DNA from: Lama guanicoe
Lineage: Eukaryota
Direction of reading: 5' to 3'
NCBI GenBank assembly: GCA_013239625.1
Contig: MU053933.1
Span: forward strand, 1,428,001-1,492,000
Length of the DNA: 64,000 nucleotides
The position numbers were made by a program, and so were the translations under genes. Shown here one piece after another: positions 1-12,829 of this stretch (position 1 is its first letter; every line of letters starts with the position of its first letter). The notes below the pieces were generated by a model. The model made no database searches. It saw nothing but the letters and a program-made list of their open reading frames with translations, and was not told the origin of the DNA.

Positions 1-384
1 TCCCGGGGCTGACAGGCCTTCTCTCCAAGCTCCCAGGGCCTTAGACAGAGGAGTGAGCTTGGCCACAGTCGAAGGCAGCCCAGGGCCAGCTCCCCAGGTG
101 GGGCAGGGGCCACGGAGCAGGGGCAGGGCCAGGAGAAAGGGGGTCACGTAGAGGCTGGCCGCCACACACACACGTCCCTCTAGGGCTGCTTTGGGGATCA
201 CCAGTTTCCTGGGGAGCAACACAGGAGAGGGCGGGGCTCAGTGTTGACAGGGAGTGGCTCACCCCTGCCGTGGGGTTTGCCCTGGGACCTGCACCCCAAG
301 GAGGGAGCGGGTTGAGCGTCACAGAGCAGCAATGCACAGCCCCTGTGTTTGAGACCTGGGGACAATCCTGCCTTCCTGTAATTC

Positions 385-455
385 TGTGGGATTCAGTACA
401 TGTGATTTAATTTTCTTCCTTTATAGACTTTTCAGATAACTTCACAAATCAGAAA
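385..455 (+). mobile_element. Probable old L1M (L1ME/L1MC4-like) 3' tail fragment
   Basis: gtgatttaattttcttcctttatagacttttc resembles the T-rich terminus of old L1M 3' UTRs (recalled consensus). Confidence 0.35.
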
Positions 456-1429
456 AATGCTTGCGGTTGTTCATGGTCATTCTAGTCAGTCTCACCCCCA
501 GCGCACCCTCACGCTCTGTCCCACCCATGCTCACACACACCCCTACACACTCGTTCATGCGCGCACCCCCACCCCCGCACAGCCCCTTGCACAGCCACCT
601 GGCACGCCCCACGCCCGGACGTCACTTCTTGCTCCCCTTCCCCGCCGTCTCCCAGCCAGTGTGACAGAAGTCCTGCCAGCAAACACTCAGCTGAGCCCTG
701 TGCAGACACTCCTGTCGCAATTCACACAGGAGGCCGCCTCTCTGGCCTGCAGGGCGTGCTTCCTGCCAGGAAGCCTGAGGGCCTGGGGCCCATCAGGGCA
801 AGGTCCGCCAACTTACCAGCCATCGGCTGGTTGGCGCGGCCACACAGTCCTCTGGCTGCAGGAAGGGGCTGGGCCTGGCCCCCCGCAGGGTGGGGGTCTT
901 GACCTTGCGGGTCCAGAAGAGACATCAAGGAGAAAAGCGAGCAGCCCAGGTGTCCAGAGACACCCCCACATCACCCACGGGATGTGAGAGCCCGGGAGGG
1001 AGGCGCTGGCAGCCTTAGCAGGCAGGCCAAGCCCAGGGAGAGGGTCTGAGGGGTCCCAACTCGAGGTGGGAGGAGAAATGGAGCCAGGGAGAAGGTGGTC
1101 CAGGTGAAAGGAGGGGCCGGCCGGGCCGGGACCCCCTGTCCTGCCCGCCACGACGGTGGGCTCTGAAGGAGTCTGAGAAAGAGCTTCGACCTGACCGACT
1201 CCCTGGACCCAACTGAGTGTCTGCAGCACAAGCAGCAACTCACATAGCAAGCACCAGTTCCCCTTAAATGGACCCTAAAAATCATGGTCGGCCTAGCAGC
1301 CTCCACATAGTGTGTGCCTGCACCTTTCCTGGCACCGAGGGCCACGCGGGAGGCGACGGACTCAGAAGACAGTCTGCGAGAGAACCTGGAGCAAGGGCAG
1401 GGCGTCGGGGACCAGACACCCAGGGCCCT

Positions 1430-1450
1430 GGAGGCGGCGGCGGCGGCGGG
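1430..1450 (+). repeat. Short (GGC)n microsatellite
   Basis: ggaggcggcggcggcggcggg read directly. Confidence 0.9.
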
Positions 1451-2424
1451 TCCCCCAGCGGACACCCCTCTGTAGGGCACCCCCCAGGGCTGAGGCCCCA
1501 TGGGTCCCAGCTCCTGCGTCTTTCGTCCAGGCTCCAGGCGACGACCACCCGCAGTCAGAGCTGGCGCTGCACCCCACGGCCCGCCATGATCTGTCACTGC
1601 AGCTGCAGGCCAGCCGGTCTGCAAGGGTCGCTGATTTCGTGCTCATTTCACACAGGGATGGGCCCATCTCTGACCTTGTCCCTGTCCTGGAGACACTCAC
1701 CACGCCCTCCCAAATGCCAGCCTTGAACCTGAGTCAGAAAAGTTTGTCCCTGACTCCAGGGTGCTGGCTGGCAGGTGACGGCAGACAATGGGCTGCACCG
1801 TTCAACCCCTGCCTGAAGGTGTTCTCGGGCGTAGACACGCCTGCAACCCCAGGAGCAAAGTCCAGCTTCAGGGCTGGGAGCAGGTGGGTAAACACTGGCT
1901 TCCTCGCCCAGAGGCAGAGCTCAGAGGTGCGCCAGGTGTGCCCGCCACCACTCCCTGCCGGTCTTCCCTCCCGCTCCCACCCGCACCTCCTCACTGGGCT
2001 CCACCCAAACCCTTGCCTCAGGTCTGCCTTCAGGGAACTTGAGTTTGGCCCAAGGTTCTAGCTCGGAGCAAGGGCAGGGGCCAAGGGTGGGCGAGCGCAG
2101 AGTGGGGGCTGGTTCTCTGCTTCCCGGTTCAGGTGGCGGCGAGGACACGCCAGCAGGGAGGGCTTACTCAGAGCCGGCAGGCAGAGGCAGGCGGAGCAGA
2201 GGCACAGTGAGTCCTTTATCCACAGACGTCGTCCCTGCGTCACAGCCAAGGCTCTGGCTGCCCGGGGACGTCACCCTCACCCTGCGCTTGCTCCTTTCCT
2301 TCCTCAGAGCTGAGCCCAAGGATCCCCTCCTTCCTTAGATGAGCTTGGAAATAACCTCAGCTCCAGCTCATGGCCGATCTAATCAGGGGCAGAGCCCAGG
2401 AGCCTATTAGCACGCTCCTGGTAA

Positions 2425-2432
2425 TGACGTCA
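2425..2432. promoter_or_regulatory. Full palindromic CRE motif TGACGTCA
   Basis: Exact match in unique sequence; function not shown. Confidence 0.35.
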
Positions 2433-2897
2433 CTCACCTGCAGTGGAAAGTGGCTCTGAACAGCCACAGCCTCAACCTTGTGGGAGCTCCATCAAGGGCG
2501 CCCCGCCCCCGAGGCGCAGGCGCCCCGCCTGAGCCCCTGCCTGGGGCCGGCAGAGCGCACTGGGAAAATCCCGCCACGCGGGCTGGCACCCCCTCCACGT
2601 GACCCACCAGCCAGTGGCTTCCCAGGGGCCCACCTTCAGGAGCTGATGTATTTTAAATCCAAATTGAAACAAAATGCAAGCTACTGAGGAGCTATTTTCT
2701 TTTCATAGTGGTTCCCAGAAGGATTCTTAAGCTGAGGGATTTTGGTGGCGTTCCCAAGCTCAGCATAACTCAGCCCATCCTGCTGGATACGGTCCCTGAC
2801 TGAAACGGGGTTTCGCGCCGGACCCCGCCTCCCCCGAGTGCTGGGGGATCACGTTCAAGGAGAGAAAGCGTTGTAAACTGGTGTGAGCTGTGGTGGG

Positions 2898-3270
2898 TGT
2901 GTCAGTGTCCTGGGACAGCCGTGGTAAGTGCACCAACCAGGTGGTTAAGCAGCGGAAACCCATCTTCTCACAGTCCTGAGGACGGAAGCCTGAGATGCAG
3001 GCGTGGCAGGGCTGGTTCCTTCCGAGGCTCCGCTCCTGGGCGTGTGGACGGCGGTCTCCTCCCTGCGTCCCCGCCTGGTCGTCCCTGTGTGTGTGTCTGT
3101 GTCCTGCTTCTTATAAGGACACCTACCAGATCGCGTCAGGGCCCGCCCCCGTGACCTCGGCTGAGCTTAATCACCTCTTTAAGCACCATGTCTCCAAGGA
3201 CAGCCACATTCTCTAGAGCTGGGGGTCGGGGCTCCAACACATGAATTTGGGGGTCACGTAGCCCACAACA
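2898..3270 (-). mobile_element. MaLR solo LTR, MLT1B-like
   Basis: Diagnostic antisense MLT1 segments: ttctcacagtcctgagg, ggcagggctggttccttccgaggc, ttcttataaggacac, cttaatcacctctttaa, caacacatgaatttggggg...agcccacaaca. Confidence 0.9.
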
Positions 3271-6194
3271 ACGACACGCAGGTGGGCTTTGATAGGACAG
3301 CTGCTGGAAATCTCCTCTGCTGTCAGCTTGAAAGTGGTGCATCCTGTTTTAAGTGAAAGGGAAGCATCAGCGTTGATCTTCAGGGCCGAGGCCACGCCGA
3401 ACAGAGGAAGAAGGCATGCACAGAGCCGCCCAAGGTCCCCCAGGCTCTTGAGACAGGAAGACAGTGTCTCTGTTCTGGAAGCTCTTCCTCCTGCTCTTGA
3501 AAGTCTGTGTGATGAGCCGGCATGTCCGCAGAAGGCATCACTGGGGCGCAGGGCTGCTGGTGGCACAGGGTGGCCAGGTAGGGGGTAGCGGGGCAGGGCC
3601 CACACACTGCCCACCCCTGCGGCAGGTCTGGGGTCCCAGCCTCCTCCAGACCCCTGGCCGGCTTCCCTTGAGACCAGCTCTGTCTGCACAGAGGCGAGAC
3701 AGTGCACCAAGTGCCACTGTGAGGGACGTGGGGCAGCATTCCTGGAAAGCCCCTTCCAGGCGCAGTGCGGCATGTGACCCGGGGTTTACTCTGCCTGTGT
3801 CAGTTCTCTCACTGATCGCCCGGCAGTCGGGGCCCACGTCCGCCAGGTCCCCCCAAGCTCAGTGGACTCTTTCCTTCAGTGCCATTTCCTGCCACAAATC
3901 TGAAAAGTGGCCAAGGTCCAACCAGGCAGGGCTTTGGCACAGAATGTTCTTTTCAACCTGGCCCTCTTGTACTGGGCTGCACAGGCCCAAGGTCTCCAGG
4001 CCTGGATCTGGCCACCGCCAGAAGGGGTGGCCTTGGGAAGCAGCCTGACGTGGCCCAGAGTGACCCAGGTGGCCCAGGTGGCTGAGGGTGGCCTAGTGTA
4101 ACCCAGGTGGCCCTGGCCCAGAGGCTGCCCGCCTGCAGGCTCCGGCTGCTCTTCTCGCCCATCCTGGGCATCCCCTGACCTGTGAAGGACAAGTTCTTCC
4201 CAGTAGCAGTCGCCTTCTGATCTGTTGTGCTCCCTGCACCCGAGAATAACAAAACCTTTAATATAAAAACACTGCCTGCACGGGCCTGGAGACCTCCCAC
4301 TCCAAGGGCAGACGTCCCCAGTGACTGACGGATTGACCTGTAAATGCTCCAGCCCTCTTGGCCCTGATGGGCACTGAGGTGTGAGCTGTGTCCCCAGGGT
4401 CCCCTGCAGGTGCCCATTGCTGGCTCCTCTACCCTGGGCCCCACTGCCCATCTCACCGTGGGGGAGGGGCTGCCACCGTGCAGCGGCGATGCAAAGCCAG
4501 GGCTCTGGAGGGGCCACCTCCTGTGTCCACAGAGAGGGTCCAGCCATGGCGTGGCTGCTTCTCAATACCTCTTGGGCCTGCCCATATCCATGGAGCCACT
4601 GCTGGGCACCCCTAGATAGTGCAGAGGGAAGAGTTGCCCCAGGACTGGCCCCTGGACCAGCGAGACCCAGGCAGCACCATTTGTGCCAGCGCGGCCCCCA
4701 GTGTGCTCGCGGTCAGAACCTCAGTCCAGGTCGGGGCGCTGGTGTTTCTTCGTTGCCAACCTCTTCCAGTGCCCACATCCCCTCTTCACTTCCGTCCCAG
4801 CACATTCTGGTGGAGCTGTGCAGCCAAAGCTTCCGTTGTCTGTGACCCTGTAATCCCTCCGCGTTGCCTTCAGAATGTGCCGCCCCCGGACCAAGTGGGC
4901 CTGCCAGGCCCGAGCGTCCTCACCTGTTGTCCTCCTGCCCCTCCGCCCCCCGCAGCAGAGACTCAGCGTCACTAATCCCCACAGCTCTGTCCCAGACGAC
5001 TCGGTCCTCTGCCTGCGCTGGAATCCAGCCCCGCGTCTCCCAATCTGCGTTGCTGTAACTGCTACCCGCCCACCCCGCCGGCGGCTCTCCTCCTCCCTGA
5101 CCTCCTGAGACCTCGGTGCCCTGGCCAGGGGCAAACTCTGTTGCCTCCAGGAATCCCCAGACTGAAGAGGAATTCAGTCCCTCACCTCTCTGCCTGCCCC
5201 AGCTTGCTGGCCTCCAGCCACATTGCTCAACAGACACTTAGGGACCATCTCCCGGAATGTTCCCAAACAGAGAGGCAGGAAGGACCAATGGAACCTACCA
5301 GAGACCCCAGCCTCCGCTCAGCCAGGCGAGGCTGCTCCTGGGGGAGATGATCAACCCTCACCCCAGCCGCTCCCCCAGGGCATAATAAGGATGGACTGTC
5401 TCCTTTTCAGAAGAGCAGACCTGGGATGTCCCTTTCTAAGGGTTTTCCAAAATCCTCGGGAGCAAAGAGAGTCCTGCTGTGGAGCAGAGGGCTCGGGCAG
5501 GAGGGCCCGATTCCTAGGCAGAGTCACGGTGGGTCACAACGGCACACGCAGTGGACGCTGGACCCCAGCAGAGAAGAGATCGTCCACTCCAACCAGGGCT
5601 GGTGGATGCTCGAGCAGACAGACGTCTGACGCCCAGACTCGGCCCTGCTCGCACCTCCCGGGACCCCCGGGCAGGACACAGCTCGCTGGGCTCCGTAGGC
5701 AGAGTGTGGTAGATTGCGTTTCCGGTCAGCAGGACTGACCGCAAAAGGGTGGCTGCTCTCTTGCTGGTCAGAGTCCCCAGGACTGAACCCCCGGCCCTGG
5801 CAAAGTCAGGAAACGGATGACCCTGACTGAGAGCCACACACCAGCCTTGCAGACCTGCTGCTGGGCACCCACTGTGCCCCCGCTATGCCCAGGGGGAGGG
5901 AGGGCCGACGCCTTCTGACCGGAGGTCCCAACCCTGCAGCCGTGGTGAGGGGGTGGGCAGAGAGAGCCTGGTCACGTGGGTCAGCTGGTTCCAGGTTTAG
6001 ATTTTGACTTGAGCCGCCTTGTGTGGCCAGCTCAAGAGGCCCTGCAGCTGGGGACTCCACCTTGCCAGTTACTGGGAGGGTGTCCCCTCCCTCCCAGCCT
6101 CATATGTGGGGCACCCAGGGCCCCTGTAACTGGAGCACACCCCTCGCTCCCCCCCAGCCCACCCGCCCCCCGCCCCCAGAGGCAAGCTCCACCC

Positions 6195-6950
6195 TGAAGC
6201 TGCTGTTTGTCCCACCCTTACCTTTACGATATTTTATGCACGTTGAAGCACATGTCACGAAGTCTCCTGCAGGTAGCCGTCTCACGCTATTCAAGACTTG
6301 GAGACATCGAGGGTTTGGTTCCAGACAACCACCATAAAGCGAATATCGCAATAAAGTGAGTCACATGAACTTTTCGTCTTGTGTTCTATTTACACCATGT
6401 TGTAATCTGTTAAGTGTGAAATAGCATTATATTTAAAATAATGTACACAGCTGGATTCAAAAATACCTTCTTGCTAAAAAATGCCGACCATCACGTAAGC
6501 CTTCAGTGAGTTGTAATCTCTTTGCAACAGTCACCTTCAAGGTCACTGATCACGGATCATCCTAACAAACATAACAATGATGAAGAAGTTGGAGATATTG
6601 TGAGAGTTACAAAAACGTGACCCAGAGATGTAAAGTGGCAAATGCTATTGGAAAAATGGTGCCAACAAACTTGCTTGACTCATGGTTGCTACAGACCTTC
6701 AGTTTGTAAAACCACAGTATCTGCAAAGAGCAATAAAGCAGAGCGGGGTCCACCTATATTGTGTTTCTAAGACGGCCACGTTGCTGCATGTAACTATGGG
6801 CCGCTCTTTCCACTGCTGCATACTATTCCACTCGTGGCTATTGCACAGCCACACGTGGCATCCCTGGTGGTGAGCCCAGCATCCGGAACATTCTTGCACA
6901 TGCATCCCAGTACATGTGTGGTTTCTCTAGGCTGTGTACCCAGGTCGGGA
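6195..6950 (-). mobile_element. Old L1M 3' UTR remnant split by the Tigger1 insertion (pieces ~6195-6290 and ~6750-6950)
   Basis: gttgctgcatgta, tactattccac, cattcttgcacatg, tttctctagg are typical antisense L1ME 3' motifs. Confidence 0.5.
6296..6745 (+). mobile_element. Tigger1 internal-deletion derivative (TcMar-Tigger DNA transposon)
   Basis: Tigger1 left end (ggttccagac...ataaagcgaatatcgcaataaagtgagtcac) joined to right end (atgctattggaaaaatggtgcc...tatctgcaaagagcaataaagc) with no transposase. Confidence 0.92.
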
Positions 6951-7301
6951 CCCATCTCTCTCCTGCCTCCATTATTCAACCAACTGGGCAAAGCCAGACC
7001 ACAGACAAGGAATAGGGGGTGCAGGGTCTGGCAGAGTTCACCCTGTGGTGATGGGTGTCCAAATCAATGGGTGTACGTTTCTCAAGGATATTTGATCATC
7101 TGAGCTGCATTCCCAAGCCAATGGCCCTTCTAGGTAGAACACCTTGTGTTTTGACAACCACCCCCAATACCAGTCTCTTTGAGCCCTGGGTGGGCAGGGG
7201 CAGGGGGGAGGTCAGAAGGCATAGGTAGCTGGGCGGGCCATGGCCAGGCAGTCCACCTCCTTTGCGGCTGTAAGGTGGGAGTGGGGGGCTCAGGGATGAA
7301 C

Positions 7302-7477
7302 GCTTGATTCAAAAATACCTTCTTGCTAAAAAATGCCGACCATCATCTGAGCCTTCAGTGAGCTGTAATCTTTGCAACACTCACCTTCAAGATCACCGAT
7401 CTCAGATCATCCTAACAAACATAACAATGATGAAGAAGTTGGAAATATTGTTAGAATTACCAAAGTGTGACCCAGAG
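7302..7477 (+). repeat. Local direct duplication of Tigger1 segment 6450-6627
   Basis: Hand alignment ~90% identical over ~177 nt. Confidence 0.9.
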
Positions 7478-7866
7478 GGTTGAATAGGGTGCCCCCAAGT
7501 TCTCATCAGCTCAGAGTGCAGCCTGATTTGGAAATAACATCTCTGCAGGTGTAATCAAGCTGAGATGAAGTCCTCCTGGAGCCTAGCAGCCCTAATCCAA
7601 CGACTGGTGTTCTCACGAGAAGAGGGAAAGTTGGACCCAGAGAAGTCCACGTAACAGTGGAGCCAGGGATGAGAGCGACGCGGCCACAGCCCAGGGACGG
7701 TGAGGGTTGCCGGCAGCACCAGAGCCGGAAGAGGCAGGAAGGCCCCCCAGAGACTGGAGAGAGCACGGCCCTGCCCACCCTTGATTTCAGACCTCTGGTC
7801 CCCAGAGCCGTGAGAGAAAACGTTTCCGCTGTTTGAAGCCTCCAGTATGTGGCACCCGTTACCCCA
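7478..7866 (+). mobile_element. MaLR solo LTR, MLT1C-like
   Basis: ggttgaatag...cccaa, tttggaaata, ctctgcaggtgtaatcaag, ccctaatccaacgactggtgt, gcacggccctgcc...ccttgatttcagacctctgg, tgagagaaaa...tgtttgaagcc. Confidence 0.9.
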
Positions 7867-8254
7867 CGTGCTCAGTCGTCGGGGAATGGCCTGTTCTCGG
7901 TGGTCTCTGCATCTCCTGAGCGCACCTGAAGCTTTCTTTGCACGTGGCCACCACTCTCTGGGCTGAACCCACCCTGTCCCCAAAGTCCTCCCCCAGCACC
8001 CGGCCCCTCCGACACACCCTGCCTGCCGGCCAGGGTGCGGGGCTGGCCACCTGCCCCATGCCCACGGGCTATCCCTGAACAGGCCTGGCCTCTTGGGGGG
8101 GGAGGGAATCTGCCCCCGGGGCTTAGCTGCTCACTGCTCTGGCACTGCAGTCTGTCACTCCCCAGGCCAGCCGCCCGGCACTGAAAGAGAGCTCTGGAAA
8201 AACTCACTACCAAACTCCCCGCACGCCCGGTGATCGGTGCTCTATGCTTTCCAA

Positions 8255-8860
8255 CAAAACAGCATCCCTACAAATCCACCAGATAGGCTGAAACGAAAAA
8301 CTGGCAATACCAAGTCGTGTTGCTGGGGTCCCTCGTCCTGCTGGCAGGGGTGAACGGACACCCCACTTGGAATGGGCCCCCCGACACCCAGTGATCCCAC
8401 TGCCCAGCGGAAACGAGAGTGATACCTAAACAGCTGTGTGCAGGGATGGTCAGAGTAGCCTTGGTCCTCCACCCGAACGTCCCCCCACAGAGGGAGGAGC
8501 ACACGGCATCTGGTCACCGGTGACACAGCCCCGCAAAGAAAGAGCCGACCACCGCCGCCTGGGGCTGCACAGGTGCGAGGGCGGTCTCAGGGCTGAGTGA
8601 CGCTGCCTTCCACAGATCAAGTTCAAGAGTGAAAGGACTAGGTCTGACGGAGGTCAGAGGTCAGCAAAGCAGGCATCCTCGGGGGCAGTGACGGGGGGAC
8701 ACAGGGGCACGAGGGGCTCTCAGCAGTGCTGGGAGAGCTCCCGATGGTGACCCTGTTACACAGACGGTGGTAACATGGGTGCAGACATGTGAAAATGCGT
8801 GAGCCCAATGCAGGGTTCATGCCTTTCATGGTACGGAAGTTACAGCTCGATTTCAAAACC
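8255..8860 (+). mobile_element. Degenerate L1ME-type 3' end
   Basis: actggcaataccaagt, gaggtcagaggtcag, ggggcacgaggggctct, ggtggtaacatgggtg...tgtgaaaat, aagttacagctcgattt. Confidence 0.6.
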
Positions 8861-9539
8861 ACTTTTCCAAAGTCAATGCGAGGAGCCTGCATCTGCCAGG
8901 GTCCAGACATGCCCGGAAGACCGCTGATGTGGAGCTGACGGAGCCTCCAGCCTGCCGGGGAGCCGGCGGGCCTTACCCCCGGATCCTCTCTGGGAGGCGC
9001 AGGTGAACAAGCCAGCGTCGGGGTGACGGAGCCCAGGAGGCCTCACATCTGAGCGCCCCCCTCAGCCCGCAGACTCGGGGGCAGAACTGGCCCGCCCTGT
9101 GTGACAGGTGTCAGCTGTGTGTGTGGTGTGGCTCAGGGCTCCAGGATCTGGACGTTTGGGCTGTGACGTTAGGGTGACCACGGCCCTTACAGGACAGTGA
9201 CCCTGCTGCCTAATCGGCCAAGGAGGCAGACTCAGGACCGCTGGAGGCCCCCCGGGCTCTGGGTGGGAGAACGAGGAAGTGCCCGAGGTCACGGTGATGG
9301 CAGAACCAGTAGCTCCCGGGGCAGAGATGAGGAGGGACGTGGGGGCGGGACACTTCCGAGTGTTAGCCCAGAGTGAAGTGACTGGGAGGCAGGAAGGTCC
9401 TGGGATGCTCGAGGGACGATGGAGGAGACGGGCCAGGTGTGAAGGACCCCACACTCACCCGCACACCCCCTCCGCGTGGGGGGCTCGACCAGAAGCTCTG
9501 CTGTGCATCCACCCGCTGCAAACCCTACGCAGGTCCTCG

Positions 9540-9620
9540 CCTCCGAGACACAATTTCCCCACCTGCAAATCTGGAGAAACTGTGTACTTGCCTCTGAGTT
9601 GTGGTGAAAATTAAATACTG
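9540..9620 (+). mobile_element. MIR SINE core fragment
   Basis: caatttccccacctgcaaa...gttgtggtgaaaattaaat resembles the MIR core. Confidence 0.6.
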
Positions 9621-9779
9621 AGGCCAAGGCAAGCATTTGCACCAGGCCAAGCAGGTCAGCAGTCACCCCCGTTTACAAACGGAGAAGCCGAGGCCTGTGT
9701 GGGGTTGAACAGGAGAACTGAGTCGGTGGTGAAGGAGGCCTGAAGGACATGAAACTGGCTCACCCGTTCGCTGGGCGGG

Positions 9780-10180
9780 CCAAGCCTAGTCCTCGGCAGA
9801 ACCGTTCGGGGTTTCCTCTGCATCAAGGCACCGGTCTGCGTGCTGATCACGGACTCCCGGGCGCCGGGGCCGCGCTGCCCGGGGCCGCACGCCTCCGAGC
9901 AGGGGGACCCCGCCTGCGCTTATCTTCCGCAGGGACCGGGTACCTTTCTAATTCACGGCTTTCCGAGCAGCCTGGTTCTCCTTGAAAGGTCAGACGTGGC
10001 CTGGCTGTGCTGGCCTCGCCATCAGCTCTGGGTTTCATCACCTGCCACGTCCCGCGGTCCCCCGGGAGCCGTCTGGGGTGGGAAGGGTCAGCCCACGTGT
10101 GCCCGGTCTGTCCTCAGGACCCGGAGGAAGCCGCGTCCTCCGAGCACTTAGAGTTTGGCCGGGGCTGCGCTTGGCCCCAC
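9780..10180. promoter_or_regulatory. CpG-dense patch (orphan CpG-island-like)
   Basis: Dense CpG by eye (cccgggcgccggggccgcgctgcccggggccgcacgcc); obs/exp not computed. Confidence 0.4.
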
Positions 10181-12149
10181 GACACGCTCCCCTCACCCAG
10201 GGTGCTGACAGCACTCACCAGCCCCCGCAATTTACAGAACGAGCCCTCTTTCCGCTTAAAAATCACCCCACTCCTGGTAAAGAGAAACTCTTCTGAAATC
10301 CAGGGAGATTCTAGCAGGAAAGGCAGGTTCTGAATCTCAAGGTCTCCAAGCAGAGTGGTCCCGTGTGCTGCCGGTTGGAGGGGCCAGGCCCTGGGCTCCC
10401 CCGCCCTCCTCCCCCATGCGCAGCTGGGAGTGCACTGCCAGGAAGGGGCGAGGCTGAGGGAGCGGCAGGGCCACGCCTGCGTTCACGCCCTGGAGGTCCT
10501 GGCGTCCACAGCCCCCTCCTCTCTCAAGGTGCCCCTGTTTGGGTAATAAATCCTAGAACCCAGAGTGAGGGTGCCGCTCTCTGTGGGCTGGGGGTGCGGC
10601 GAGGCTGCACCCACGTGCTTCCGGGGGAGAAGAGGTGAGGGCAGGACCAGCCCCCTGGCCGCAGCTGGCTGTCAGGGGCCTCCATCCCAGCAGGGAGGTC
10701 CACGTGTGGCCAGGACACCCAGTGCCCAAGGGCTTAAGGAAAATGGAAAGTGGGTCTCGTGTGAGCATGAAGCCCCCAGTCCTGAGGAAGAGCTCAAAGT
10801 ACCACCATCCAGGTCCGCCCTCCGTGAGCCCCCGCACGAGTTCAGACAGCTGCGCCCCTGGGCCAAGCCAGGACCCCATGGCGTGAGATCTGGCGTTGGG
10901 CGGTCTCACCTCGCGGTGACAGCTCATGAAGGGTCATCATGAGGGTGACAGCAAGGTCCTGACTTTGAAGAAAGCCCTCCCAACCCAGCCCACCCGGAGG
11001 CAGGGCGGCACCCGCGTTCCTCCCGTGCCCCTAAGGCCTGCAGTGTGGCTACTCCCCTGCGTCCGGTCTCTGCCACTTGTTTTGGCTCCCCCTCCCGCTG
11101 TGACTCTCATGACTCCAGCTCCCACTGAGGGGCACATCTCCTCCCCTCAGCTGACCCGTCTCTGCCCCTGCAGGGGGGCACGGGCGTCGGCAATTCAGAG
11201 GCACATCAAGATGGGTAGACTCGCTCCCCCTGTCTATCGCTGGCTGCACTGGGCCCAGTGGGCTCAAAGCTGCTCGTCCGTCCATCTGTCTGGAGCATGC
11301 CCCCAGCCTTCCACACCCAGCTCAACCCCACCTCTGCGGAATGAAGGTCCCCAGGAGCCAGCAGCTACCTCCTCCCTGCTCAGTGTGTCCCCGGGGCCCA
11401 CCTCCTCCCCTTCCTTGCCGTCTGCCCACAATCTGAAGTCTTGTGGGCTTGGTCCACACTCAGGGGTTCCCCTACAACCACTGCACAGCTGGGGCCGGGA
11501 GTGGGGAGACCCTCTGCTCTGTTGTCCTGGGACCCCTTCTACCCTCTCCAGAAAGCCCTGGGGACCTGCCCCCTAATGAGCTCCAACAAGATGCGGGGTT
11601 GCGGGGACTCCCAAGAGCCCGATGGCCGGCCAGCCAATGACAGTTTCTAGGACTCAACCTACAGGGACAGATGTAAGGGGACAGCTCAGCCTAAGGAGGG
11701 CTGAGCTGTCAGGGGGCCTCCACTCACCAGGTGTCCCAGCGCCTGAGGAGAAGAGCAAACCCCCCGCAAGTCCAGCAGATCCTGCTGCTGCGCCCGCCGC
11801 CACTGGGCGGCAGGTGTTAGCAGAGCCTCCCCGACCTCTCCTCCACGAGCCCAGCCAGCAGTCACGATTATTCCATCCGGGCTCCCCAGTGGGGACGCTT
11901 GACTCTGGGAGTCACCCCTCCAGCCTGGGGTCCGCTGGCCACTCAGCCACCTGGAGGCTTCCTCGGGCCGGGGGAGCACAGTGGCACGTCCCTGGGGCTG
12001 ACGGTCTGGGGACAGGTTCCCACAGAGTCTGAGTGTGGGGCCCCGGGGATGAGCCGCCTGGCCATGGGCGCCAGACAGGATTCCTGGAAAGGAGGCTGGG
12101 GCGGGCGCTGGGGGCACAGCACGAGGGCTCTGGGGCTGCCGAGACAAAG

Positions 12150-12318
12150 CACCCAGACCCGGTGACTTAAATAACACACATGTCATTCTCTCAGTCTGGA
12201 GGCCAGAGTCCGAGATCACAGCATCGGCGGGGCTGGGTCTTCTGTGGCTGTAAGTAAGGATCTGCCCCAGGCTCTCTCCAGCCCCTGGTGTTGACTAGCC
12301 ATCTTGGGTTCCTAGGTG
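12150..12318 (-). mobile_element. MLT1 (MLT1C/D-like) LTR fragment
   Basis: gacttaaataacacacatgtcattctctcagtctggaggccagagtccgagatca...ctctctccagcccctggtg. Confidence 0.8.
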
Positions 12319-12829
12319 TTTGGGGAGCTCAGCTCTGAGAAGAGGAGGGTTTGGGGGGCTCCATGCAACACCACCTGGCCAGGGTGGGACCCCACACACA
12401 CATACTCTCTGGACCCCACCTCAGTGACCGTGGACTCGGCCCCATTTGCGCCCTGGCTGTACCACCCACAGAGCAGGGCTTGTGGCTGAGTTGTGGCCCC
12501 TCCAAGATGGGCAAGGGGCAGGAGACTGGTGCAGAGGGATGAAGGGTCCGAGGGAAGCCATGGCCAGCGGTCAGCCCTCCAGACGGCACCCGGAGCCCTA
12601 GTCCCTGTGGGGGCTGGAGCTGCTCAGAGGTCTAAAGGGACAGGGAGCCTGAGAGCAAACAGGGAAACAGAAACTTCATCTGGGGCATGGAGGCGGGCAG
12701 AGGGCAGAGGGCAGACGGAGGTCCTGTGAGTGCAGCCTTAGGTTTCTGAGCTGTATTTTTCTGCTGCAGCTTCTAGAAGCCACAGGGACAAGGCAGGGAT
12801 GGGGCTCGTTCAGTGACCACCCACCGCCG

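Noticed and set aside
400..480. Strong-looking acceptor ttttcttcctttatag
   Set aside because: Better explained as an old L1M 3' tail.
1511..1660. Acceptor-like tctttcgtccag (1530) followed by a high-GC3 frame APGDDHPQSELALHPTARHDLSLQLQ
   Set aside because: No convincing donor and no recognisable homologue; high GC3 is uninformative at this base composition.
4050..4117. Repeated CCCAGGTGGC units and GPPG-like peptide
   Set aside because: Short degenerate local repeat with no splice signals.
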